Shown: in pieces, positions 30,327 through 39,532 of the stretch
How the letters are laid out: every line of letters begins with the position of its first letter
Position numbering within the stretch: position 1 is the first letter of the stretch
Source of the DNA: an uncultured Weeksellaceae bacterium
GTDB taxonomy: Bacteria > Bacteroidota > Bacteroidia > Flavobacteriales_D > UBA2798
Length of the DNA stretch: 64,000 bases
Assembly: GCA_964460845.1 (NCBI GenBank)
Contig: CAYWRZ010000004.1
Location: 2,920-66,919, forward strand
Direction of reading: 5' to 3'
The notes under the pieces: model-generated
Seen by the model: the letters and a program-made list of their open reading frames with translations, nothing else
Database searches by the model: none
Told to the model about the DNA's origin: nothing
Translations under genes and position numbers: made by a program

Positions 30327-31775
30327 ATGGCATACGAAGGAGATGAGCTGCTGGAGGAAATCACGAATCAGGATTATAAATATGGTTTCGTCACTCCCGT
30401 AGAATCGGATAAAGCGCCAAAAGGGCTGAATGAAGATATCATTCGTTTTATTTCAGCGAAAAAAGAAGAGCCCGAATGGCTGCTTGAGTGGAGACTTAGT
30501 GCGTTCCGCCAGTGGCAGAAAATGAAAGAGCCCGAATGGGGACACCTCGACTATAAACCGGTCGATTATCAGGAACTGCATTATTACGCGGCGCCCAAGC
30601 CCAAAAAAACGCTCAACAGCCTCGACGAAGTGGATCCCGAACTGCTCAAAACCTTTGAGAAGCTGGGCATATCGCTCAATGAGCAAAAGCGTCTTACCGG
30701 TGTGGCGGTCGATGTGGTGATGGACAGCGTGTCGGTGAAAACTACCTTTAAAGAAGAGTTGGCCAAGCAGGGTATTATCTTCTGCTCCATGTCGGAAGCC
30801 GTGCGCGAGCATCCCGATTTGGTGCGTCAATACCTCGGTACGGTAGTACCCGTAACCGACAACTTTTTTGCAGCGCTCAACTCGGCCGTGTTTACCGACG
30901 GGTCGTTCTGCTACATCCCCAAAGGGGTGCGTTGCCCAATGGAGCTTTCTACTTATTTCCGTATCAACGAAGCCAATACCGGGCAGTTCGAACGTACGCT
31001 GGTCATTGCCGACGAAGGAAGTTATGTGAGCTACCTCGAAGGCTGCACTGCGCCCATCCGCGACGAGAACCAATTGCATGCCGCGGTGGTAGAGCTGGTG
31101 GCGCTGAAAGAAGCCGAGATAAAATACTCGACCGTGCAAAACTGGTACCCCGGCGACAAAGACGGAAAAGGTGGAATCTACAATTTCGTGACCAAGCGCG
31201 GAATCTGTCTCGGCGATCGTTCCAAAATTTCCTGGACACAGGTCGAAACAGGTTCGGCCATTACCTGGAAATACCCTTCCTGCATTCTTAAAGGTGATTA
31301 TTCGATCGGAGAATTTTACTCGGTAGCCGTCACCAACCACCGGCAGCAGGCCGATACCGGCACCAAAATGCTGCACATAGGTCGCCACACCAAAAGCACC
31401 ATCGTGTCGAAAGGAATTTCGGCAGGGTTTAGCAACAACTCTTACCGCGGACTGGTACGTGTCAACAAAGGCGCTACCGGCGCGCGTAACTTCTCTCAGT
31501 GCGATTCGCTGCTGATGAGCGACACCTCGGGTGCGCATACGTTTCCTTACATCGAAATCAACGATCCCACCGCCAAAGTGGAGCATGAAGCCACTACTTC
31601 CAAAATTGGAGAGGATCAGATATTTTACTGCAACCAGCGAGGAATCGACACCGAAAAAGCGGTAAGTCTTATCGTAAACGGTTATTGCAAAGAAGTGCTC
31701 AATCAGCTTCCGATGGAATTTGCCGTCGAAGCGCAAAAGCTGCTGGCCGTTTCGCTCGAAGGATCGGTGGGTTAA
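30327..31775 (+). CDS. sufB: Fe-S cluster assembly scaffold SufB
   Basis: [60 protein letters not shown]. Confidence 0.99.
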   Translation: MAYEGDELLEEITNQDYKYGFVTPVESDKAPKGLNEDIIRFISAKKEEPEWLLEWRLSAFRQWQKMKEPEWGHLDYKPVDYQELHYYAAPKPKKTLNSLDEVDPELLKTFEKLGISLNEQKRLTGVAVDVVMDSVSVKTTFKEELAKQGIIFCSMSEAVREHPDLVRQYLGTVVPVTDNFFAALNSAVFTDGSFCYIPKGVRCPMELSTYFRINEANTGQFERTLVIADEGSYVSYLEGCTAPIRDENQLHAAVVELVALKEAEIKYSTVQNWYPGDKDGKGGIYNFVTKRGICLGDRSKISWTQVETGSAITWKYPSCILKGDYSIGEFYSVAVTNHRQQADTGTKMLHIGRHTKSTIVSKGISAGFSNNSYRGLVRVNKGATGARNFSQCDSLLMSDTSGAHTFPYIEINDPTAKVEHEATTSKIGEDQIFYCNQRGIDTEKAVSLIVNGYCKEVLNQLPMEFAVEAQKLLAVSLEGSVG

Positions 31776-31843
31776 TACGCCTCCTCCGTTTGGCGAAGCC
31801 GCCGCAAGAAAAAAACGAAAGTGAATAATTCATATAAACCGAA

Positions 31844-32605
31844 ATGTTAACAATAAAAGATCTGAAAGCCACGATCGACGGAAAAGAGATTCTGCGTGGT
31901 ATCAACCTCGAAGTGAAAGCCGGAGAAGTGCATGCCATTATGGGGCCTAACGGCTCGGGTAAAAGTACGCTTGCTTCGGTGCTGGCCGGACGTGAAGAAT
32001 ACGAGGTAACCGGCGGAGAAGTGCGGTTCGAAGGAAAAGACCTGCTCGATTTGTCGCCCGAAGACCGTGCCCGCGAAGGACTCTTCCTCGCCTTTCAATA
32101 TCCGGTAGAAATTCCCGGTGTGAGCAACATCAATTTTCTGCGTACGGCGCTCAACGAAATACGTACTTATAAAGGACTGGAGCCGGTAAGTGCCAAAGAT
32201 TTTTTGGCGCTGGTCAAAGAAAAATCGAAGCTTGTAGAACTCGATAGTAAGCTGGCCGGCCGTTCGGTCAACGAAGGCTTTTCGGGCGGAGAAAAAAAAC
32301 GCAACGAAATTTTTCAGCTTGCCATGCTCGAACCGAAGCTGGCTGTGCTCGACGAAACCGATTCGGGCCTCGATATCGATGCGCTACGCATTGTAGCCAA
32401 TGGGGTAAACAAGCTGCGTTCGCCGCAGAACGCGACTATTGTGGTGACGCACTACCAGCGTTTGCTCGACTACATCGTACCCGATTTTGTGCACGTACTT
32501 TATCGCGGACGCATTGTGAAAACCGGCACCCGCGAGCTGGCGCTTGAGCTGGAAGAAAAAGGATACGACTGGATAAAAGCCGAACTCGGAGAAACCGTCT
32601 CGTAA
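31844..32605 (+). CDS. sufC: Fe-S cluster assembly ATPase SufC
   Basis: GPNGSGKSTL, FQYPVEIPGV, GFSGGEKKRNE, LDETDSGLDIDAL, THYQRLL. Confidence 0.99.
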   Translation: MLTIKDLKATIDGKEILRGINLEVKAGEVHAIMGPNGSGKSTLASVLAGREEYEVTGGEVRFEGKDLLDLSPEDRAREGLFLAFQYPVEIPGVSNINFLRTALNEIRTYKGLEPVSAKDFLALVKEKSKLVELDSKLAGRSVNEGFSGGEKKRNEIFQLAMLEPKLAVLDETDSGLDIDALRIVANGVNKLRSPQNATIVVTHYQRLLDYIVPDFVHVLYRGRIVKTGTRELALELEEKGYDWIKAELGETVS

Positions 32606-32633
32606 ACGACGTTTGTGCAAATGAAATACTGAC

Positions 32634-33884
32634 ATGAATCTTACCTCTGCCATAACCGAATCGGATCAATTGAAAGACCTGCCCGCGCTGTTTGAATTTA
32701 CCGGGTTGGAAGAATTGCGTCGCGCAGGCCGCGAAAATCTGCTTCAGACCGATTTCCCCAAGTCGAAAGACGAAGCATGGAAATATACCCGCGTGCAGGG
32801 AATAGCCCGCCGCAAATGGGCCTTGCAGCCCGATGCGTCGAGTGCTGCTGCGCATGAATTTAAGCTGCCCCAACAGCATCATCTGCTCGTTTTTGTAAAC
32901 GGGTTTTTTGATGCGGCCAATTCGCAGATTCTTTCCGACGAAGCCCTTCATATTGCTCCGCTTACCGAGGCGCCTGCAGCGCTTCCCGGCTCCCTGACCG
33001 GCACCTCTTCCTCTTTTTTCCATGCCTTGAATGCAGCCTGCTTTACCGGTGGCGCTTTTCTCCATTTTAAAGGAAAATCGGCTTATCCCGTCTATCTGCT
33101 GCACCTTGCCTCGGCCGACAAAGCCCTGGCGCAACCCCGGCATTTTATTTTGGCCGAACCCGGCAGCGAAGGTAGCGTGGTACAGCTTTTTCAGAGTGAA
33201 GGCACCGGCGAATCGTTTACCAACTGCTTTACCGAAGTTCAGGTCAATGCGAATGCCCGTTTGCACCTCGATGTGCTGCAACGGGAAAACGACAAGGCAT
33301 ATCTGCTTCACCATACCGAAGTGCAGCAACAACGCGACAGCTTTTTCGCCGTCGCCACACTTACGCTCGACGGAGCCTGGGTGCGCAACAACCTGAACAT
33401 TGCTTCTGTCGGCACCAATACCGAAACGCATCTTTCGGGACTTTACGCGCTTACCGGTACCCAACATGCCGATAACCATACGCTGATGGATCACCGCAGC
33501 CCAAATTGCTTTTCGAGCGAAATCTACAAAGGAATTGCCGATGGCAGCGCTACCGGGGTATTTAACGGAAAAGTGTTTGTGCGCCGCGACTCGCAAAAAA
33601 TTAATGCTTATCAGTCTAACGCCAACCTGATACTTAGCGAAACGGCTTCTATCAATACCAAGCCCGAGCTGGAAATTTATGCCGACGATGTAAAATGCAG
33701 CCATGGCTCCACTACCGGGCAGCTCGACGAGGAAGCGCTCTTTTACCTGCGTGCGCGTGGTATCGGCGAAGCCAACGCCCGTAAGCTGCTGGTGCGTGCT
33801 TTTGTGGGCGATGTGCTCGAAAAGATACACAACGAAGCGTTGCGCGAACAAGCCGGAAAATGGCTCGACCAACGATTTAATTAA
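32634..33884 (+). CDS. sufD: Fe-S cluster assembly protein SufD
   Basis: EAWKYT, FHALNAA, VRNNL, HADNHT, YKGIAD...VFNGK, KPELEIYADDVKCSHG, FYLRARGI. Confidence 0.97.
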   Translation: MNLTSAITESDQLKDLPALFEFTGLEELRRAGRENLLQTDFPKSKDEAWKYTRVQGIARRKWALQPDASSAAAHEFKLPQQHHLLVFVNGFFDAANSQILSDEALHIAPLTEAPAALPGSLTGTSSSFFHALNAACFTGGAFLHFKGKSAYPVYLLHLASADKALAQPRHFILAEPGSEGSVVQLFQSEGTGESFTNCFTEVQVNANARLHLDVLQRENDKAYLLHHTEVQQQRDSFFAVATLTLDGAWVRNNLNIASVGTNTETHLSGLYALTGTQHADNHTLMDHRSPNCFSSEIYKGIADGSATGVFNGKVFVRRDSQKINAYQSNANLILSETASINTKPELEIYADDVKCSHGSTTGQLDEEALFYLRARGIGEANARKLLVRAFVGDVLEKIHNEALREQAGKWLDQRFN

Positions 33885-33890
33885 ACGACG

Positions 33891-34121
33891 ATGAACCCTT
33901 TTTTGCTTCCGGTATTTGTGATGACGTTGGCAGTCTCTTGCCGAACGGCGCCCCCTGCCGGTTGCATCGATGAAAGCCGCATCAATCCCAATGCAATCTG
34001 CACGATGGAGTATAACCCGGTATGCGGATGCAATGGCGTAACCTACGGAAATGTCTGCGCGGCCGAAAATCAGGGAGTAACTTCCTACAAGCGGGGAGCA
34101 TGTAAAAACGAAGAAGAGTGA
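33891..34121 (+). CDS. Kazal-type domain lipoprotein
   Basis: Lipobox AVSC, then CTMEYNPVCGCNGVTYGNVCAAENQGV...GAC. Overlaps the sufS start (GTGA). Confidence 0.85.
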   Translation: MNPFLLPVFVMTLAVSCRTAPPAGCIDESRINPNAICTMEYNPVCGCNGVTYGNVCAAENQGVTSYKRGACKNEEE

Positions 34122-35350
34122 ATACGTCTATACAGACCATATCGGATACCTTGCGTGATGAATTTCCTTTGCTGGAAATAAAAGTGAACGGAAAGCCGCT
34201 GGTCTATTTCGATAACGGTGCTACCGTGCAAAAGCCCCGAAGCGTGATAGAAGCGCTGAACCGCTATTATACTGCACAGAACGCCAATATTCACCGTGGC
34301 GTGCACAGCCTCAGTCAGGAAGCGACCACGCTGTATGAACAGTCGCGCGAAGCGGTTCAGAAATTTATCAATGCGCCACATAGCCACGAAGTAATTTTCA
34401 CTTCGGGCACCACGGCAGCGGTTAACCTGGTGGCTTCTTCTTTCGGTCGTGCGTTTTTGAAGCCGGGCGATGAGGTGCTTATCTCGGCCATGGAACACCA
34501 TAGCAATATAGTGCCCTGGCAACTGGCCTGCGAGCTTTCGGGCGCTGTATTACGTGTGATTCCCGTCAATCAAAATGGAGAATTGCTGCTCGAAGAATAT
34601 GAAAAACTGCTTACCGATCGCACCCGTATCGTAAGTGTGGTACACGTGTCGAATGCCCTGGGTACCATCAATCCTGTAAAAGAAATGATAGCCCTTGCGC
34701 ATAGCCGCAATATACCCGTAATGATAGACGGGGCGCAGGCCGTGCCGCATCTTCGTGTCGATGTGCAGGATCTGGATTGTGATTTTTATGCCTTTTCTTC
34801 GCATAAAATGTACGGCCCTACGGGAGTAGGAATACTCTACGGCAAATCGCACTGGCTCGAAGCCATGCCGCCGTATCAGGGTGGGGGCGACATGATCAAA
34901 ACCGTTTCTTTTGCCAACACCGAGTACAACGAGCTGCCGCATAAATTTGAAGCAGGTACACCCAATATTGCCGACGGCATTGCCCTCGCGGCCGCGATAG
35001 CATTTATCGAAGAAACAGGCTACGATCGCATTGCTGCGCACGAAGACGATTTGCTGCACTATGCCACTGCGCGCCTCAAAGAAATAGAAGGACTTCGTAT
35101 TTACGGAGAAGCGGCGCACAAGGCCGGAGTCATTTCTTTTTTGGTCGAAGGCGTGCATCCTTACGACTTGGGAACCTTGCTCGATCAGCAGGGTATTGCG
35201 GTACGCACGGGGCATCACTGTGCCCAGCCCCTGATGGGTTTTTACGGCATACCGGGTACCGTAAGGGCTTCGTTTGCCGTGTATAATACCCGCGCCGAAG
35301 TGGATAAAATGATAGAAGCCTTGCACAAATCGCTGCGTATGTTGCGTTAA
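34118..35350 (+). CDS. sufS: SufS cysteine desulfurase
   Basis: VYFDNGAT, ANIHRG, MEHHSN, DGAQ, SSHKMYGPTG, FEAGTP, VRTGHHCAQPL. Confidence 0.97.
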   Translation: MNTSIQTISDTLRDEFPLLEIKVNGKPLVYFDNGATVQKPRSVIEALNRYYTAQNANIHRGVHSLSQEATTLYEQSREAVQKFINAPHSHEVIFTSGTTAAVNLVASSFGRAFLKPGDEVLISAMEHHSNIVPWQLACELSGAVLRVIPVNQNGELLLEEYEKLLTDRTRIVSVVHVSNALGTINPVKEMIALAHSRNIPVMIDGAQAVPHLRVDVQDLDCDFYAFSSHKMYGPTGVGILYGKSHWLEAMPPYQGGGDMIKTVSFANTEYNELPHKFEAGTPNIADGIALAAAIAFIEETGYDRIAAHEDDLLHYATARLKEIEGLRIYGEAAHKAGVISFLVEGVHPYDLGTLLDQQGIAVRTGHHCAQPLMGFYGIPGTVRASFAVYNTRAEVDKMIEALHKSLRMLR

Positions 35351-35356
35351 TTCCGA

Positions 35357-35785
35357 ATGAACATGAGCCTTCAGGATAAAGAGCAGGAAATAATTGAAGA
35401 GTTTGAAATGTTCGACGACTGGGATTCGCGTTACGAATACCTGATCGAGCTGGGAAAGGATTTACCGCGTATTGCCGAACAGTACAAAACGGAAGATTAC
35501 CGCATCAAAGGCTGCCAGTCGCAGGTATGGCTGCACGCCGCATTGCGCGACGGGAAAGTGTATTTTACTGCCGATAGCGACGCCATCATTACAAGGGGTA
35601 TTGTAGCTTTGCTTGTACGGGTGCTGTCGGACGAAACGCCCGAAACCATTGCCGCGACCGATTTGGCTTTTATCCGTGCGATAGGGCTTGACCAGCATCT
35701 TTCGCCGACTCGCAGCAACGGATTGCTTAGCATGATCAAACAGATAAAGTTGTACGCCCTGGCATTTACCGCCACCCGAAACTGA
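35357..35785 (+). CDS. sufE: SufE sulfur-transfer protein
   Basis: RYEYLIELGK, IKGCQSQVWL, ADSDAII, LSPTRSNGL. Confidence 0.96.
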   Translation: MNMSLQDKEQEIIEEFEMFDDWDSRYEYLIELGKDLPRIAEQYKTEDYRIKGCQSQVWLHAALRDGKVYFTADSDAIITRGIVALLVRVLSDETPETIAATDLAFIRAIGLDQHLSPTRSNGLLSMIKQIKLYALAFTATRN

Positions 35786-35803
35786 ATAGAAAGGCATTTA
35801 GAG

Positions 35804-36112
35804 ATGAACCGGGAACTTGAAGAAAAAATCATTACCGTGCTCAAGTCGATTTACGACCCCGAAATACCGGTCGATATTTTTGAGCTGGGACTAATTTATG
35901 ACATTAAAGGCGACGAAGAAAACCACGTCGTGATCCAGATGACCCTTACCTCTCCTTCTTGTCCGGTAGCCGAAACGCTGCCCGGCGAAGTGGAGCAGAA
36001 GGTGGCGGCCATAGAAGAGGTGAAGTCTGCGAAAGTGAACATTACCTTTGATCCGCCCTGGACCAAAGAAATGATGAGCGAAGAAGCCCAGCTCGAATTA
36101 GGCTTTCTCTGA
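35804..36112 (+). CDS. SufT / DUF59 (FeS_assembly_P) protein
   Basis: YDPEIPVDIFELGLIY, MTLTSPSCP, FDPPWT. Confidence 0.92.
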   Translation: MNRELEEKIITVLKSIYDPEIPVDIFELGLIYDIKGDEENHVVIQMTLTSPSCPVAETLPGEVEQKVAAIEEVKSAKVNITFDPPWTKEMMSEEAQLELGFL

Positions 36113-36130
36113 ATAAAAGCACCTTAAGCT

Positions 36131-36634
36131 ATGGAAGAAATAGTAAACAAGGTGGCGCAGAGCGGAATCGTCACCCTCGATTTATCCACCTACTACCCGC
36201 AGGGCGAGCGTGTGCGGATAGATATCAGTCCGCAGCTTTGGCAGGGACTGGTACTGCGCGAAAAAGACTTTCGTGAATATGTCCGTACGCACGATTGGAG
36301 TCAGTACCAGGATAAGTTCGTAGCGCTAACCTGCAATGCCGAAGCTATTGTGCCGGTGTGGGCTTATCTGTTGCTTGCCTCGGCGCTGCAACCTTATGCT
36401 GCGCGGGTCGTATTTGGCGAGCTGCCCGTGCTCGAAACCGTATTGTTCCGTGATGCCCTTTCGGCGATCGACCCGGAAGCGTTTCGCGATGTGCGTGTGG
36501 TGGTGAAGGGTTGCGCAGAGGTGCCGGTACCCGAGTCGGCTTACGTAGAGCTGGCTTCGATTTTGTTGCCCGTAGTCAAAAGCCTGATGTTTGGCGAAGC
36601 CTGTTCGACCGTGCCGGTTTATAAGCGGAAATAA
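36131..36634 (+). CDS. DUF2480-family protein
   Basis: MEEIVNKVAQSG, GLVLREKDFR, DAIVP-like EAIVPVWAY, VVVKGC, KSLMFGEACSTVP; usual last gene of Bacteroidota suf operons. Confidence 0.85.
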   Translation: MEEIVNKVAQSGIVTLDLSTYYPQGERVRIDISPQLWQGLVLREKDFREYVRTHDWSQYQDKFVALTCNAEAIVPVWAYLLLASALQPYAARVVFGELPVLETVLFRDALSAIDPEAFRDVRVVVKGCAEVPVPESAYVELASILLPVVKSLMFGEACSTVPVYKRK

Positions 36635-36727
36635 TCCCGTATCCTATTTTTGCCCATTATGAAGATTCGGTGAACTTGTAAACCCTAAATTCGTTTATCT
36701 TTAAACAGGATGCGATAAATCGTAAGT

Positions 36728-37342
36728 ATGAAAACACCCTTTACCTGTATTTTGTGTTTGCTGGCCTTCCTTTTGGTATTGCCTTCCTGTTCCATCGAAA
36801 AACGGCATTATCGCGCAGGCTATCATGTAGAATGGCGCAGTGGTAAAGCCCGCTTTCAGGCGCCTGTGGCCGAAAAAACGGTGACTCCACCTGAAGCATT
36901 ATCCGTCGCAAAATTTGCTGAACCTACGCAGAAGCCTTTAGTGCCGGAAGAAGAAAAGTCGTTTGCTGAAACAGCCGCTGTAGTGGCCACGGAAACCGCT
37001 ATCGCCCCACTTTCAGCGCCCCTGCTAACGGAAATAATACCAGAATCAGCGCAGGCAACAATCCTTCAGATCGATAAAAGCAGCCTGAAAATAACCCCGG
37101 CCGATCGTAAAAGCGTGCTGCAAGAACCGCTCACAGGCGGCACCAATCAACGCACCGCGTTTTTTCTTTGTCTTTTCCTCGGGTTTTTAGGTTTACACCG
37201 TTTTTACCTCGGCTATACCTGGATTGGGGTATTTGAACTGCTCACCTTTGGCTTTTTTGGCATCCTTTGGCTCATCGATCTGATTCGTATTACCATGGGA
37301 GTGCTTCATCCCAAATATGGCCCTTACGAAAAGCGCCTCTGA
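36728..37342 (+). CDS. Lipoprotein with C-terminal TM2 domain
   Basis: LPSC lipobox, CSIEKRHYRAGYHVEW, C-terminal FLGFLGLHRFYLG...FGILWLIDL. Confidence 0.85.
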   Translation: MKTPFTCILCLLAFLLVLPSCSIEKRHYRAGYHVEWRSGKARFQAPVAEKTVTPPEALSVAKFAEPTQKPLVPEEEKSFAETAAVVATETAIAPLSAPLLTEIIPESAQATILQIDKSSLKITPADRKSVLQEPLTGGTNQRTAFFLCLFLGFLGLHRFYLGYTWIGVFELLTFGFFGILWLIDLIRITMGVLHPKYGPYEKRL

Positions 37343-37775
37343 TCGTCAGCCGCAGGATTTGCTGAAAAAAATAAAGATTACGATCCAGACCAGTCCTTTA
37401 CCGAGGAAGAATAAAAAACCGATAAGCCCCATTGCTTTCAGGCGTTTTTTCCATTTTCCGGTTTTCGTGGAGGGCTGATTTTCCATGGCTTTTTTCATAC
37501 GCAGAATGGGGCAAAAGTAAAGAAAGCAACGCGGCTTGCCAAGTCTCTTCCTTCCCGATTTTTTGAGAAAGAAAAGAAGTCGTTTTTCGGGGAGCGATTA
37601 CCGATTTTATTTCCCCGTTTTGAGGATTTTTTCTACAAAACAGAAGCATCGTTATCCATAGCGTTTTTCAGATAATTTGATTTACAGCGATTTGATAAAT
37701 GGGGCTGTCTTGTGGCATACGGTTGGTGGTTAAACAATTAGTAAACGAACTATTATTTTATCCAATCTTATAGCT

Positions 37776-38081
37776 ATGAAAAAGATAATGCTCTCCCTTC
37801 TCGCCTTCTGTATTGCAGGCGTTTCCTTCGCAGGTGTGACTATGGTAACGGATAAGGCAAGCGAAGTGCTTGTGATCAGCGATCATGAAAAAGTGAAAAT
37901 CAATCCGGAAGATCTGCCCGCTCCTGTGCGTACCGCGCTTGCCAACGATACGTATGCCGGCTGGGAAATAGCGGCTGCTTATATCGTGAAAAAAGACAAT
38001 ATCGAGCACTACGAAGTGGAGCTCACTAAAGGCGGAGAAACCACTACTGTGAAGTTTGATAAAGACGGTAATAAGAAATAA
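37776..38081 (+). CDS. Small secreted protein (PepSY-like)
   Basis: Signal peptide, PEDLPAPVRTAL...YEVELTKG...VKFDKDG. Confidence 0.75.
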   Translation: MKKIMLSLLAFCIAGVSFAGVTMVTDKASEVLVISDHEKVKINPEDLPAPVRTALANDTYAGWEIAAAYIVKKDNIEHYEVELTKGGETTTVKFDKDGNKK

Positions 38082-38109
38082 GATCTCCTCTCTGGTCTTA
38101 TTCTTCATG

Positions 38110-38141
38110 GAAAAGCTGCGGGAATTCCCGCAGCTTTTCTT
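38110..38141 (+). terminator. Intrinsic (probably bidirectional) terminator
   Basis: AAAAGCTGCGGGA / TCCCGCAGCTTTT perfect stem. Confidence 0.8.
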
Positions 38142-38194
38142 ATTTTCACCTTTCCGAAGGCGGGTAAATTTTCCGCCTGTTTACCCCTATCCGG

Positions 38195-39532
38195 ATGGCT
38201 AAAGTAGTACTCGTAGAAGATGATCTGATGTTTTCCCAGCTTCTCGAAGGATTCCTGAAAAAGCAGGGTCACGAGGTGGTGGTCACGCATCGTGCCAAAG
38301 AAGGCATTCGTATTCTAGAGGCCCAGTCTCCAGATCTTGCGCTCATTGATTACCGCCTGCCCGATGGCGATGGCATGGAAGTGCTACAGGCGGCTCGTTC
38401 GCTTACACCGGCGGTTCCGGCGGTGATCATGACCAGCTTTCACGATATCCGTACGGCGGTAAAGGCAATGCGTTCGGGAGCCTTCGATTATATCACCAAG
38501 CCCGTTAATCCCGACGAGCTGTTGCTTGTGATCCGCGATGCGCTTTCGCGTCGTAATGCACTACCTTCGGAAGAAAAGCAGGAACAAGAAACCGGCGAAT
38601 TTATCGAAGGAGAAAGTGAGATTTCACGTAAGCTGCACGAACATATCAGATTGGTTGCGCCTACCGAGCTTTCCGTGATCATTCAGGGCGAAAGCGGAAC
38701 CGGGAAAGAATATGTAGCCCGTAGCATCCACCGGCTGAGCCGTCGTGCCGGCGCGCCTTTTGTGGCGCTCGATTGCGGTGCGCTTTCCGATAACCTTGCG
38801 GGCAGTGAGCTTTTCGGTCATGCGAAAGGCGCTTTTACCGGCGCTTTGCAGGATAAGAAAGGGCAATTTGAGCTGGCATCGGGCGGTACTCTTTTTCTTG
38901 ATGAAATAGGAAATCTCAGCTACGATGTGCAGGTCAAGCTGCTGCGTGCCATACAAGAACGCGTGGTGCAGCCGCTGGGCAGTAATCGCAGCATTCAGGT
39001 CGATGTAAGGCTTATCGCCGCTACGAACGAGGATCTGCTGCAAAGTGTGAAAAGCGGGGCATTCAGAGAAGATCTTTATCACCGCTTAAATGAGTTTCGT
39101 ATAGCAGTTCCGCCGCTTCGGCGCAGAGAAGGCGACCGTAAGCTTTTTACCCGTCATTTCATCGGCCTTGCCAATAAAGAGTTGGGTAAGCAGGTGAAAG
39201 ACGTATCGCCCGAAGTGGAAGCCTTATTTGCGCGTTACGAATGGCCGGGCAATTTGCGCGAGCTGCGTAATACAGTGCGGCGTGCCGTACTACTCGCACA
39301 GGGTGAGGTGGCCGGTAAAGAAACGCTGCCCGAAGAAATGTTTCTTTCGCTGCATACCTCCGTGCAGCCCGTTACCCCCGATTTGAAAGCCATGCAGGAA
39401 ATCAACGAAAGAGAATTGATTGTAAAAACCTTGCAGGAAGTAAAATTCAATAAAACCAAAGCGGCGCGTTTGCTCAACATTGATCGTAAAACACTGTATC
39501 ACAAAATGGCGCGTTACGGGATAGAGGGTTAG
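38195..39532 (+). CDS. Sigma-54-dependent (NtrC-family) response regulator
   Basis: Receiver, QGESGTGKE, ELFGHAKGAFTGA, LFLDEIG, WPGNLREL, Fis-type HTH AARLLNIDRKTLYHK. Confidence 0.95.
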   Translation: MAKVVLVEDDLMFSQLLEGFLKKQGHEVVVTHRAKEGIRILEAQSPDLALIDYRLPDGDGMEVLQAARSLTPAVPAVIMTSFHDIRTAVKAMRSGAFDYITKPVNPDELLLVIRDALSRRNALPSEEKQEQETGEFIEGESEISRKLHEHIRLVAPTELSVIIQGESGTGKEYVARSIHRLSRRAGAPFVALDCGALSDNLAGSELFGHAKGAFTGALQDKKGQFELASGGTLFLDEIGNLSYDVQVKLLRAIQERVVQPLGSNRSIQVDVRLIAATNEDLLQSVKSGAFREDLYHRLNEFRIAVPPLRRREGDRKLFTRHFIGLANKELGKQVKDVSPEVEALFARYEWPGNLRELRNTVRRAVLLAQGEVAGKETLPEEMFLSLHTSVQPVTPDLKAMQEINERELIVKTLQEVKFNKTKAARLLNIDRKTLYHKMARYGIEG

